A stretch of DNA of 64,000 nucleotides from Thermoanaerobaculia bacterium. GTDB lineage: Bacteria; Acidobacteriota; Thermoanaerobaculia; UBA5066. The DNA lies in the NCBI GenBank assembly GCA_963719225.1, contig CAVRAY010000001.1:1472001-1536000 (forward strand). The letters run 5' to 3'. The position numbers were made by a program, and so were the translations under genes. Within the stretch, counting starts at the first letter, position 1, and each line of letters starts with the position of its first letter. Positions 1 through 14,561 of the stretch are shown piece after piece. Below the pieces are notes generated by a model that saw only the letters and a list, made by a program, of their open reading frames with translations, did not search any database and was not told where the DNA came from.

Positions 1-1
1 G

Positions 2-532
2 CACGACGCCATCGACTACGACATCGAGTCGCTCGACATCAACGTCAACTGCCGCGTCACGTCGGGCGAGTTCGTCATGCTCAGCCCGTATCCCGGAACG
101 CCCCTGACCGACTACACGATCGCGATCGGGGCCTTCGACGGGGATTACGAGAAGCTCCACGAGACGTTCCAGTCGCAGTCGCCCTTCGGTTGCTTCACCG
201 AGGAAGAGAAGATGAAGCAGCTCAACATCTCGTTCCTCGGCGTGTTCCTCCTCGTCTTCCCGGGACTGAGAAACTTCGCGGTGAAGCATCTCGTGAAGCG
301 GCCGTGGACGCGCCTCTACTTCCTGCTCTATTTCCTCGTACGCGGCTACGTCCTCGGCATGCGCATCTATCCGATGCGGTATACGTTCCGCCAGCTTCTC
401 GGGAAGGTGCGGGCGAGCTTCACCCGCGAGCTGACGAAGCATTTCGTGGACGAGGGCAGGAAGTTCAACAAGAAGCGCCGCCTCGTGCTCGCGCCCGCGT
501 CGGACGTTCTCGGCGGGCCCTGGAAAGGCTAG
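2..532 (+). CDS. C-terminal part of a probable B12-binding radical SAM protein (5' truncated by window edge)
   Basis: Frame open from base 2 (HDAIDYDIESLDINVNC...); SPYPGTPL motif typical of the end of the radical SAM barrel; the CxxxCxxC motif is not in the window. Confidence 0.55.
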   Translation, partial: HDAIDYDIESLDINVNCRVTSGEFVMLSPYPGTPLTDYTIAIGAFDGDYEKLHETFQSQSPFGCFTEEEKMKQLNISFLGVFLLVFPGLRNFAVKHLVKRPWTRLYFLLYFLVRGYVLGMRIYPMRYTFRQLLGKVRASFTRELTKHFVDEGRKFNKKRRLVLAPASDVLGGPWKG

Positions 533-1542
533 CGCGCGCCGGGCCGGGCGAGAACGAAGAGTCCGGCCGTTCCCGCGGCCAGAGTCGCGAGGAGATGCAC
601 GACGACGCCGCTCACCGCCCCCGCCGCGAGAGAGACGCCGTCGAGCGCGAGCGCCGCCATCCAGCCTGACTCGGCCGTGCCGAATGTCCCGGCGGGCGAC
701 GGGACGAGCGCCGCGGCGACGGTGGCCGTGATCGTCGCGAAGGCGAGCGCCGCGAAGCCCACGTCGATCCCGAGGCCCGCCATCGTGAGCCGAAGCCCGA
801 CGATGTGCGCCGCGAGGAACGCGATCGAGAGAAGACATGCCGACGCATAGGCGAGGCGGTCGCGCCGCGCCACGGCGAGGCCGCCCCTGACGTCCTCGAG
901 AACGCGCTCGAATCGCGAGCCTTTTTGCGCGCGAGACGAAAGGGCGTCGAGAACCGCTCCGCCCGCCTCCGGGAGAAGGGCGAGGCCGGCGAGAAGGACG
1001 CAGAAGAGTCCGGCGGCCCACGGGCTTCCCGCCACGCGGTGTCGCAGGAGGACGACCGTTCCTCCTGCGAGGCCCACGAGGACGGCGGAGGCCGTGTCGA
1101 TCAGCTTGACGAGGACGAAGACCCCGCCCGAACGCGACCACGAGACTCCGAGCTCGCGATGTACGAGCCCGAGCGACGCCACGTCGCCGCCCCGGAACGG
1201 AACGACCTGCACGAGGAAATGCGTGGCGCCGGAGAGGCCGAAAGCCCGAGCCGGCGGGATCCGCTCGTTCTTCGGAAGCAGAAAGTTCAGGCGGCCGGCC
1301 CGAAGCGCGTGGGAGGCGAAAAACACCGCGAAGCCGGCGAGGAGCAGCGCAGGATCGGCGTGCCGGAGACTTTCGAGGGCGCCGGGGGGAGCGCGTCGGA
1401 TCGCAAGGACGAACAGTACGGCCAGCGCGGTCGTGAAGAGAAGACCGAAGAGTTTCTTAGAAAGGGTGAGAGGGGCGCGGCGCGGGGAAGTCGCCTCGGA
1501 ATCCTGCTGCGCCGGTGCCGCGGCGGGCATGAGTTCATTCAC
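529..1542 (-). CDS. Lysylphosphatidylglycerol synthase TM / UPF0104 flippase-like membrane protein
   Basis: Multiple hydrophobic helices; VPFRGGD and PSPAGTFGTAE motifs; translationally coupled to the upstream glycosyltransferase. Confidence 0.75.
   Translation of the reverse strand: MNELMPAAAPAQQDSEATSPRRAPLTLSKKLFGLLFTTALAVLFVLAIRRAPPGALESLRHADPALLLAGFAVFFASHALRAGRLNFLLPKNERIPPARAFGLSGATHFLVQVVPFRGGDVASLGLVHRELGVSWSRSGGVFVLVKLIDTASAVLVGLAGGTVVLLRHRVAGSPWAAGLFCVLLAGLALLPEAGGAVLDALSSRAQKGSRFERVLEDVRGGLAVARRDRLAYASACLLSIAFLAAHIVGLRLTMAGLGIDVGFAALAFATITATVAAALVPSPAGTFGTAESGWMAALALDGVSLAAGAVSGVVVHLLATLAAGTAGLFVLARPGAR
1454..1462. repeat. TTCTnAGAA palindromic motif in purine-rich patch (inside CDS)
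   Basis: GAAGAGT-TTCTTAGAA-AGGGTGAGAG; see findings. Confidence 0.6.
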
Positions 1543-2513
1543 CTTCTAAGAATTTCCTCTTCTTCTTCCCTCTTCCCCGACTCCCGGCGGCGCTTCTCGA
1601 GCACCAGCTCCTCGAGGAGGGTGCGGTTGATGGAGATGAGGTCCGCGAGGAGCCCCGAAAGCACGCAGACGACGGCCGCGACGAAGAGCACGGCCGCGAG
1701 GAGAAGCGACTGGATGTGGCCCGCCGGGTTGTGGTCCGCCACGACGAGGTAGACGTAGCGCCCGACGAGCGCGAGGCCGGCGGCGGCGAGGAGCGACGCG
1801 CAGCCGAAGAAGACGGGTAGCGGCTTGTACAGAGCCGTGATGCGCAGGATGTTCGCGCCCTGCACGAGCACGTAGTTCGTCGAGCGCCGGATGAGGCGCG
1901 ACGGCCGCACGGGCGGGTTCGTGCGCACCGGGACCGAGGCGACGGCGATCTCCTTGTTACCGGCCTGGATGAGCGTCTCGAGCGTGTACGTCATTCTCGA
2001 GAAGACGTTGAGCCGAAGAGCGGCCTCACGGGTGAGGGCGCGGAAGCCCGAGGTCGCGTCCGGCACCTCCGTTCCCGAGGCGCGCCGCACCACCCACGAG
2101 CCGAAGCGCTGGGTCAGACGCTTGCCGGGAGAGAAATCCGGCTTCGTCGCGACGCCGCGGTCGCCCACGACGATCTCGGCTTCGCCTTTGAGGAGGGGCG
2201 CCACGAGGGTCTCGACGTCGGCCGCCGCGTACTGTCGGTCCGCGTCCGTCGAGACGATGACGTCGGCTCCGAGGCGCAGGGCCGCGTCGAGGCCCGCGCG
2301 CCACGCGAACGCGAGGCCGCGATGGATCGGAAGCCGCACGACGTGGTCGGCGCCCGCCCGACGCGCGGCCTCTGAGGTCCCGTCGGTGGAGCCGTCGTCC
2401 ACGACCAGGGTTTCCACGACGTCGAAGCCCTGCACCCGGCGCGGCAGCTCCGCGAGGGCCGCGCCGAGCTGCTCCGCCTCGTCCCAGGCGGGAATCTGGA
2501 TGACGAGCTTCAT
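1539..2513 (-). CDS. Glycosyltransferase family 2 (DPM1-like) with C-terminal TM helices
   Basis: MKLVIQIPAWDE start; VVDDGSTDGT, DAD and DATSGFRA motifs; the ORF extension upstream of 2513 overlaps the LysM gene and is not protein-like. Confidence 0.9.
   Translation of the reverse strand: MKLVIQIPAWDEAEQLGAALAELPRRVQGFDVVETLVVDDGSTDGTSEAARRAGADHVVRLPIHRGLAFAWRAGLDAALRLGADVIVSTDADRQYAAADVETLVAPLLKGEAEIVVGDRGVATKPDFSPGKRLTQRFGSWVVRRASGTEVPDATSGFRALTREAALRLNVFSRMTYTLETLIQAGNKEIAVASVPVRTNPPVRPSRLIRRSTNYVLVQGANILRITALYKPLPVFFGCASLLAAAGLALVGRYVYLVVADHNPAGHIQSLLLAAVLFVAAVVCVLSGLLADLISINRTLLEELVLEKRRRESGKREEEEEILRR
1544..1552. repeat. TTCTnAGAA palindromic motif in purine-rich patch (purine strand is minus)
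   Basis: Minus strand reads GAAGAAGAGGAAA-TTCTTAGAA-GGTGAATG. Confidence 0.6.
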
Positions 2514-2576
2514 GGCGTGCCTGCAAGAGGTTAGCAGGGGACCGTGATATGACGGCCCCCTCATCAGGAGGTCGAT

Positions 2577-2837
2577 ATGAGCTATCCCGACGAAAAAGAA
2601 AACGAGCCGGATTTCTCGGACGTCACGAGCGGCAGCTCGAGCACAGCGGGCGCGCCCGCGGGCGAGACCGTCACCCGGACGTACACGGTCGTCTCGGGCG
2701 ACAGCCTGTCGAAGATCGCGAAGAGGATCTACGGCGACGCGAACCGCTGGAAGGAGATCTGGGAGGCCAACAAGGACAAGGTCAAGAACCCCGACCTCAT
2801 TCACCCCGGCCAGGAACTGAAGATTCCGGGCGCCTGA
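2577..2837 (+). CDS. Small LysM domain protein
   Basis: YTVVSGDSLSKIAKRIYGDANRWKEIWEAN...NPDLIHPGQELKIP; AGGAGG RBS upstream. Confidence 0.9.
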   Translation: MSYPDEKENEPDFSDVTSGSSSTAGAPAGETVTRTYTVVSGDSLSKIAKRIYGDANRWKEIWEANKDKVKNPDLIHPGQELKIPGA

Positions 2838-2854
2838 TCAACAAGGAGATGACG

Positions 2855-3319
2855 ATGAGAAACCGCTTTGCCCTGCCCGTGCTCGTTTTCGTCGCGACCG
2901 TCTCGCTCGCCGCTTGCGCGAAGAAAGAGCCCCCAGCGCCGGCGCCGACGCCCGTGCCGGTCCCGACGGCCGTGCCCACGCCCGTTCCGTTCAAGGTCGC
3001 GTCGGTCGACCTCGGGAAGTCCATCGGGGACGACAAGAAGATCAAGGACGCCGCGACGGCGTTCGGTCCCAAGGACACGATCTACGCAGTCGTCTCGACC
3101 GAGGGTGTCGCCGCGAAGGCCACGCTCAAGGCGCGCTGGACGTTTGGCGCGAAGGGGACGCTCGTGAACGAGGAAGCGCGCGACATCGCGCCGACGGGAC
3201 CCGCCGCCACGGAATTTCACATCGCGAAGGCCTCGGGCTGGCCGGTGGGCCATTACAAGGTCGAGATCTCGGCCGACGGGACGGTCGCCGCAACGAAGGA
3301 GTTCGACGTCAAGAAGTAG
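2855..3319 (+). CDS. Putative lipoprotein (Pro-rich linker + Ig-like domain)
   Basis: AAGGAG RBS at 2843-2848; lipobox LAAC; PAPAPTPVP linker. Confidence 0.75.
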   Translation: MRNRFALPVLVFVATVSLAACAKKEPPAPAPTPVPVPTAVPTPVPFKVASVDLGKSIGDDKKIKDAATAFGPKDTIYAVVSTEGVAAKATLKARWTFGAKGTLVNEEARDIAPTGPAATEFHIAKASGWPVGHYKVEISADGTVAATKEFDVKK

Positions 3320-3393
3320 ACCGCGCGTTTCGGTGAGAGGAAGGGGTGCGACGGTCTGAGTCGCGCCCCTTTCCGTCGGCGGGAGGTCGCCCG

Positions 3394-4800
3394 ATGAAGA
3401 GAATCCTCCGGATCCTGCCCATTGCCCTCGGCCTGGCCGCCGCGTCCGCCTTCGCGCAGGAGGGGCCGCCCAGGGAAAGTCGTTCCTTTCGCGAGCCGGA
3501 CCTCGTGGAGATCGTGCGGCTCGATCCGACCATTCGGCTCGACGTCCGGTACGCGACTTCGAAGAACCTTCTCGGCCGTCCCGTGTATGCCGAGGCGCGT
3601 GCGTTCCTCCAGCGCCCGGCCGCCGAGGCGCTCGTGCGCGTGAACCGCGCGCTGAAGGAGAAGGGATACGGGCTCATGATCTTCGACGGCTACCGGCCCT
3701 GGGCGGTCACGAAGCTGTTCTGGGACGCGACGCCGGCCGACAAGAAGATCTTCGTCGCCGACCCGAAGAAGGGCTCGCGGCACAACAGGGGCTGCGCCGT
3801 CGACCTCTCGCTTTACGAGCTCGCAACGGGGCGTGAGGCCGACATGGGCGGCGCTTACGACGAGATGTCGGCGCGCTCGTACCCGACCTGGGACAAGGGG
3901 ACCAGAGAAGTCCTCGCCCGCCGGGCCCTCCTCGCCGCCGCGATGGAAAAAGAGGGTTTCTTCGAATATGTGGCCGAGTGGTGGCACTTCGACTACAAGG
4001 ACTGGCTCGAGTATCCGATTCTGGACGTTCCGTTCACGGCTCTCGGAGCACCGAGGGCCGCGTTCAGCGAAGTCCTGAACCTGCGTCAGGCGCACGTCGT
4101 CGATCTCACGCACTCCTTCGACGAGAAGACGCTCTACTGGCCGACCTCGCCTTCCGCCTTCGAGCTGAAGACGCTCGCGAAGGGAACGACCCCCGGCGGC
4201 TGGTTTTATTCGTCGAATTCGTTTTGCACGCCCGAGCACGGCGGAACGCATCTCGACGCGCCCGTACACTTCTCGGCGGCGGGGGAGAGCGCCGACAAGG
4301 TGCCGGTCCGGAAGCTCGTCGCTCCGGCGGTCGTTCTCGACGTGACGGCCAAGGCGGCGCAGGACCCGGATTACCGGCTCACGGCCGCGGACGTGAAGGA
4401 CTGGGAGGCGGCGCACGGTGCGATTCCGCGCGGCGCGATCGTCCTGCTCAGGACCGGGTGGTCGGCGCGCTGGCCGGACCGCAAGCGCTATTTCGGCGAC
4501 GACACGCCGAACGACGCGTCACATCTCCACTTTCCCTCCTACGGGAAGGAGGCGGCGGAATTCCTCGTTCGGGAGCGCGCGGTCGGAGCGCTCGGCGTCG
4601 ACACGGCCTCCATCGATTACGGTCCCTCGCAGGACTTCCCCGTCCACCGCATCGCGGCGGCCGCCCAGGTCCCCGGGCTCGAAAACCTCACCGGCCTCGG
4701 GGAGCTTCCCGAGACCGGTGCGTGGCTCGTCGCGTTGCCGATGAAGATCGCCGGAGGCTCAGGCGGCCCGCTGAGGGTCGTGGCGCTCGTCGGAGACTGA
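3394..4800 (+). CDS. Secreted fusion: M15D D-Ala-D-Ala dipeptidase (VanX/DdpX-like) + cyclase/kynurenine formamidase-like domain
   Basis: Signal peptide; SRHNRGCAVD and EWWHF zinc motifs; second domain with HGGTHLDAP, GVDTASID and GGSGGPLR. Confidence 0.85.
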   Translation: MKRILRILPIALGLAAASAFAQEGPPRESRSFREPDLVEIVRLDPTIRLDVRYATSKNLLGRPVYAEARAFLQRPAAEALVRVNRALKEKGYGLMIFDGYRPWAVTKLFWDATPADKKIFVADPKKGSRHNRGCAVDLSLYELATGREADMGGAYDEMSARSYPTWDKGTREVLARRALLAAAMEKEGFFEYVAEWWHFDYKDWLEYPILDVPFTALGAPRAAFSEVLNLRQAHVVDLTHSFDEKTLYWPTSPSAFELKTLAKGTTPGGWFYSSNSFCTPEHGGTHLDAPVHFSAAGESADKVPVRKLVAPAVVLDVTAKAAQDPDYRLTAADVKDWEAAHGAIPRGAIVLLRTGWSARWPDRKRYFGDDTPNDASHLHFPSYGKEAAEFLVRERAVGALGVDTASIDYGPSQDFPVHRIAAAAQVPGLENLTGLGELPETGAWLVALPMKIAGGSGGPLRVVALVGD

Positions 4801-5267
4801 TGGCCACGCTGCGCCAGCGCCTGATGATCCGGCTGGTGAGCCTCTACCCGCCGTACGTCGGCGCGGGGATCCGGGTCTCGTATCCGAAGGACGATCCGCA
4901 TCGGATCGTCGTGCGGATGGGGCTCCACTGGTGGAACCAGAACCTCTTCGGCACGCAGTTCGGCGGCTCGATGTACTCGATGTGCGATCCGCACTTCGTC
5001 TTCATCGTCACGAAGAACCTCGGACCCGGCTACGTCGTGTGGGACAAGGCCGCCCAGATCGAGTTCCTGAAGCCGGGACGCGGCGCGGTCAGGGCGACCT
5101 TCGTCGTTCCGCCGGAGAAGATAGAGGAGATCCGCGCGGCCGCCGACCGGGGAGAAAAAGTCGAGCCCGTCTTCGCGGCCGACGTCGTCGCGGAAGCCGG
5201 CGGCGAGGTCGTCGCACGCGTCACGAAGCGACTCTGGGTGAGAAAGAAGGATCCCTCTAGAACTTGA
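4800..5267 (+). CDS. DUF4442/YiiD-like hotdog-fold thioesterase domain protein
   Basis: YPPYVGAGI, NLFGTQFGGSMYSMCDP and VWDKAAQIEFLKPG motifs; TGATG coupling with upstream gene. Confidence 0.8.
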   Translation: MATLRQRLMIRLVSLYPPYVGAGIRVSYPKDDPHRIVVRMGLHWWNQNLFGTQFGGSMYSMCDPHFVFIVTKNLGPGYVVWDKAAQIEFLKPGRGAVRATFVVPPEKIEEIRAAADRGEKVEPVFAADVVAEAGGEVVARVTKRLWVRKKDPSRT

Positions 5268-5457
5268 AGTTGAGGCCGGCCGTCCCGTGCCAGAAGTCGG
5301 CTTTCGGGTTGTTGTTGTAACGGTCGCGGATCGTGTCGATGGAGTCGACGCCGATGAAAACATAGCGGACGTCGACGTGGAGTGCTCGGGCGGGTTTCGA
5401 GGCAAGGAACACAACCGCGGCGCCGAACGCAAGAAGAGTCTTTCTGGAAAAATTCAC
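5257..5457 (-). other. 66-aa ORF: signal peptide fused to a beta-barrel C-terminal hairpin (truncated outer-membrane protein or small protein)
   Basis: (V)NFSRKTLLAFGAAVVFLASKPARA then LHVDVRYVFI...DFWHGTAGLNFKF-stop. Confidence 0.5.
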
Positions 5458-5501
5458 AGTCCGAGCCTTCCACGGTCTGTGGAGCAAGTTCTCTGCCCGA
5501 C

Positions 5502-10852
<5,351 letters not shown>

Positions 10853-10902
10853 AGTCCGCACCCGTCGAACGCGCGCGGGCGAGGGCCGGAGCGACCTCGC
10901 TG

Positions 10903-10946
10903 TGCTATCCTCCGCCGCTCCGGCCGAAACGCCGGAACTGCTCTTT
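10903..10946 (+). promoter_or_regulatory. Extended -10 (TGCTATCCT) followed by hairpin and boxA-like TGCTCTTT upstream of tRNA/thrS operon
   Basis: TGnTAnnnT at 10903-10911; TCCGGC-CGAAAC-GCCGGA at 10919-10936; TGCTCTTT at 10939-10946. Confidence 0.45.
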
Positions 10947-11040
10947 GGAGAAGACGATCCGGGTCGAGGTCGGGGCTCATAAGACGTTCTAGCGGACGGC
11001 CCCCGGCGGCAGCCCTCGGAGAGAATTGGCGAGCGTTTGC

Positions 11041-11115
<75 letters not shown>

Positions 11116-11155
11116 TCGCCGTTCTCTCTCGTGCCGCCGCCCAGAAGCCGCTCGA

Positions 11156-11231
11156 AGGCGCTTAGCTCAGTCGGTAGAGCACTTCCTTCACACGGAAGGG
11201 GTCAGCGGTTCGAGTCCGCTAGCGCCTACCA
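11156..11231 (+). tRNA. tRNA-Val(CAC)
   Basis: Acceptor AGGCGCT/AGCGCCT; anticodon arm CTTCC-TTCACAC-GGAAG; encoded CCA. Confidence 0.97.
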
Positions 11232-11302
11232 ACCTCTTTCGCCCCCAAGAGACCCGTTCGTGAATTTCTTTCTTGTTCGGAAGAACGAAGAGAAGACGAT
11301 TT

Positions 11303-11311
11303 TTCTGAGAA
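11303..11311. repeat. TTCTnAGAA motif in purine-rich patch upstream of thrS
   Basis: GAAGACGATTT-TTCTGAGAA-GGGAAGAGGG. Confidence 0.6.
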
Positions 11312-11327
11312 GGGAAGAGGGTTTGGT

Positions 11328-13327
11328 ATGTCCTCGGTGGCGAGCTCGAATCGGATTGACCCGGCGGTTGGAGAAGGCGGCGGAAATATCCGTCTGACGC
11401 TGCCCGATGGTTCCGTGCGCGAAGTCCCTTCGGGCACGACGGGCCGTGCCGTGGCCGAGTCGATCGGGCCCCGCCTCGCCAAGGACGCGCTGGCCGTGAA
11501 GCTCGCCGGCGAGGTTCTCGACCTTTCCCGCCCGCTCCGGACGTCCGGCTCCTTCGAGGTCGTCACGCCGAAGCACCCGGACGCGCTCGAGCTGTACCGC
11601 CACTCCACGGCGCACCTCTGCGCGAACGCCGTCAAGCGCCTCTTCCCGGGCGTGAAGATCGGCATCGGCCCGGCCATCGAGAACGGCTTCTATTACGACT
11701 TCGACCCGGGCCGGCCGTTCACGCCCGAAGACCTCGAGAAGATCGAGGCCGAGATGAAGAGGATCGTCGCCGAGGACAACGCCGTCGTCCGCAAGGAGAT
11801 GTCGAAGGCCGAGGCCGTGAAGCTCTTCGAGGCCCAGAACGATCCGCTCAAGGTCGAGATCGTCGACGGGCATTCCCGAGGGCAGCCTCTCCTGCTACGA
11901 GCAGAAGGACTTCATCGACCTCTGCCGCGGACCCGCACGTGCCGTCCACGGGAAAGCTCGGCGTCTTCAAGCTCACGCACGCGGCGGGCGCGTACTGGAA
12001 GGGCGACGAACGGAACCCGATGCTCCAGCGCATCTACGGAGCCGTCTTTCTCACGCAGAAGGAGCTGGACGCGCACCTCGCGAGGCTCGAGGCTGCGCGA
12101 GCGCGCGACCACCGAAAGCTCGGCAAGGAGCTCGCGCTCTTCGTGTTCCACCCGTGGGCCCCGGCGTCGCCGTTCTTCCTCCCGCGGGGCGCGACGGTCT
12201 ACAACCTCCTGATCGACTGGATCCGCGCCCTGTACGTCAAGTACGGGTATCAGGAGATCCTCACGCCCCAGATCTTCGACGAGGAGCTGTTCACGACCTC
12301 GGGGCACACGGGCAACTACCGCGAGAACATGTTCTTCGTCCAGGTCGACGAGCGCGAGTTCGGCGTGAAGCCGATGAACTGCCCGGGGCACTGCCTCGTG
12401 TTCGGATCTCAGGCGTTCAGCTACCGGGACCTGCCCGTGCGGTACGCCGATTTCGCGCGCCTCCACCGGTACGAGAAGTCGGGCGTCACACAGGGCCTCA
12501 CGCGCGTCCGCTCCTTTTCGCAGGACGACGCTCACATCTTCGCGGCTCCCGAGAGCATCGATCGCGAAGTGGCGTCGTTCCTGACGTTCCTCGACGAGGT
12601 CTACGGGACGTTCGCATTCCAGGACGTCGCGATCTCCCTCGGGCTGAGGCCCGAGAAGCGCGTCGGAGCCGACGCCGTCTGGGATCGGGCCGAAAAGGTG
12701 CTCGAGGCGGCCCTGAAGGCGACCGGCCGCCCCTTCGTCGTCTCGCCGGGCGACGGAGCCTTCTACGGTCCCAAAATCGACTTCCGCGTGAACGACGCGA
12801 TCGGGCGGCCCTGGCAGCTCGGCACGTTCCAGTGCGACTTCAACCTCCCCGAGCTCTTCGATCTGCACTACACGGCCGAGGACGGGACGAAGCAGCGCCC
12901 CGTCCTCCTGCACCGCGCCATCCTCGGCTCGCTCGAGCGCTTCCTCGGAATCCTCATCGAGCACACGGGTGGCGACTTTCCGTTCTGGCTCGCGCCGGAA
13001 CAGGTGCGCGTCGTGCCGGTCTCGGAGAAGTTCAATGAATACGGGGAGAAGATTCTTAGAAGGGTAAGAGAGGCCGGGCTGCGCTCAACGAGCGACCTCA
13101 GGAGCGAAAAGCTGGGCGCGAAGATCCGCCACGGGGAGCTCGAGAAAGTTCCCGCGCTCCTCATCGTCGGCGAGAAGGAGCAGGCGGCCGGGACGGTCTC
13201 CCTGCGCGTCCGACACGGCGGGGAGTTCAAGGATCAGAATATCGAAGAGCTTCTAAGAACGATGAAGAGCGCGGTTGCGAACCGCTCGCTCACATGGCAC
13301 CAAACGTCAACCGCTCGCGAACAGTAA
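11328..13327 (+). CDS. thrS: Threonyl-tRNA synthetase (two apparent +1 homopolymer insertions at ~11870 and ~11933)
   Basis: TGS domain; HSTAH; DLCRGPH in the intermediate frame; KPMNCPGH, FYGPKID, HRAILGSLERF. Confidence 0.95.
13053..13061. repeat. TTCTnAGAA motif inside thrS
   Basis: GGAGAAGA-TTCTTAGAA-GGGTAAGAGAG, forcing codons ATT CTT AGA AGG GTA AGA. Confidence 0.6.
13251..13259. repeat. TTCTnAGAA motif inside thrS
   Basis: GAAGAGC-TTCTAAGAA-CGATGAAGAG, codons CTT CTA AGA. Confidence 0.6.
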
Positions 13328-13340
13328 GGAGGACATCCCC

Positions 13341-13892
13341 ATCGCATTTTTCAGAGGCGGCCCCCGCGTTCCCCCCACGAAGAACTCTCCCATAAACGAG
13401 TTCATCCTGCGCTTCCAGAACGTCCGGCTCATCGGCTCGGACGGAGCCCAGCTCGGCGTCGTCGATCCGCCCTCCGCCATCGCGAAGGCGCGCGAGGAAG
13501 GCCTCGACGTCGTCGTGATCGCCGAGCAGGCCGACCCTCCGGTCTGCAAGATCATGGATTTCGGCAAGTTCACGTTCGAGAAGAAGAAGAAAGAGCACGA
13601 GTCGAAGAAGAAACAGAAGATCACCCAGGTCAAGGAGATCAAGTTCCGGCCGAACATCGACGAGCACGACTACGACTTCAAGCTGCGGAACATCCTCCGG
13701 TTCCTGGAGGAGGGCGACAAGGTGAAAGCCACCGTCCAGTTCCGCGGCCGCGAAATGTCGCGCCTCGACAACGGGCGGAAGGTCCTCGACCGGCTCATCA
13801 AGGACCTCGAGGGCCGGGCACACGCCGAATCCGGCACGGAGATGATGGGAAACCGGATGCACCAGATCCTCGGCCCGATCAAGAAGCACTGA
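13341..13892 (+). CDS. infC: Translation initiation factor IF-3 (non-canonical ATC start)
   Basis: PPVCKIMDFGK, VKEIKFRPNIDEHD, GDKVK..FRGRE; AAGGAGG RBS at 13326-13332 then in-frame ATC at 13341. Confidence 0.92.
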   Translation: MAFFRGGPRVPPTKNSPINEFILRFQNVRLIGSDGAQLGVVDPPSAIAKAREEGLDVVVIAEQADPPVCKIMDFGKFTFEKKKKEHESKKKQKITQVKEIKFRPNIDEHDYDFKLRNILRFLEEGDKVKATVQFRGREMSRLDNGRKVLDRLIKDLEGRAHAESGTEMMGNRMHQILGPIKKH

Positions 13893-13907
13893 GAAGGAGC
13901 CCCGAAC

Positions 13908-14108
13908 ATGGCCACCAAGAGAAAGACGCATCGCGGCGCGGCGAAGCGGTTCCACAAGACTGCCACCGGCAAGTTCAAGCGCGGACACGCGATGAAACGC
14001 CACATCCTCACGAAGAAGAACGCGAGCCGTCTGCGGGGCCTCAAGAAGGCCACTCTCGTGTCGAAAGCCGACACGAAGAACGTCCGGTCGATGCTCCCGT
14101 ACGCCTGA
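13908..14108 (+). CDS. rpmI: 50S ribosomal protein L35
   Basis: [15 protein letters not shown]; HILTKK; synteny. Confidence 0.97.
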   Translation: MATKRKTHRGAAKRFHKTATGKFKRGHAMKRHILTKKNASRLRGLKKATLVSKADTKNVRSMLPYA

Positions 14109-14136
14109 ACGAAGTCACTAGACAAGGAGAGACACC

Positions 14137-14535
14137 ATGCCTCGCGTCAAGCGTGGACCAAAGAGGAAGAATCGCCGGGTACGAGTTCTGAAGCTCGCGA
14201 AGGGTTACTACGGCACCAAGCACAACTGCTTTCGCATCGCCGAGCTGCAGGTCGAGCGCTCGCTCGTCTTCGCGACGCGCGACCGCAAGCAGAAAAAGCG
14301 TGAGTTCCGGGGGCTCTGGATCGTCCGCATCAACGCCGCCGCACGCCAGCACGACCTCAGCTACAGCAAGCTCATGGCAGGCCTGAAGAAAGCCGGGTCC
14401 GACGTGAATCGCAAGGTTCTCGCCGAGATCGCCGTCGAGGATCCGAAGGGATTTGCGAACATCGTCGCGTCGGCGAAGACCGCCCTCGGGCTGCCTGCGG
14501 CGGGCGCGTCCGCGAGCGCGAGCGTGGGCGCGTAA
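14137..14535 (+). CDS. rplT: 50S ribosomal protein L20
   Basis: [36 protein letters not shown]. Confidence 0.97.
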   Translation: MPRVKRGPKRKNRRVRVLKLAKGYYGTKHNCFRIAELQVERSLVFATRDRKQKKREFRGLWIVRINAAARQHDLSYSKLMAGLKKAGSDVNRKVLAEIAVEDPKGFANIVASAKTALGLPAAGASASASVGA

Positions 14536-14561
14536 GCGCCTGCGGGCGAAGCGCACGAGCG

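Noticed and set aside
3394-4050. Vancomycin resistance (vanX)
   Set aside because: No vanH/vanA/vanRS; protein has a signal peptide and a fused second domain
11232-11327. T-box or other thrS leader riboswitch
   Set aside because: Only ~95 nt, with no T-box consensus or terminator hairpin visible
11860-11940. Programmed frameshifting in thrS
   Set aside because: Two separate +1 events at short homopolymers, no slippery heptamer; the same error type occurs elsewhere
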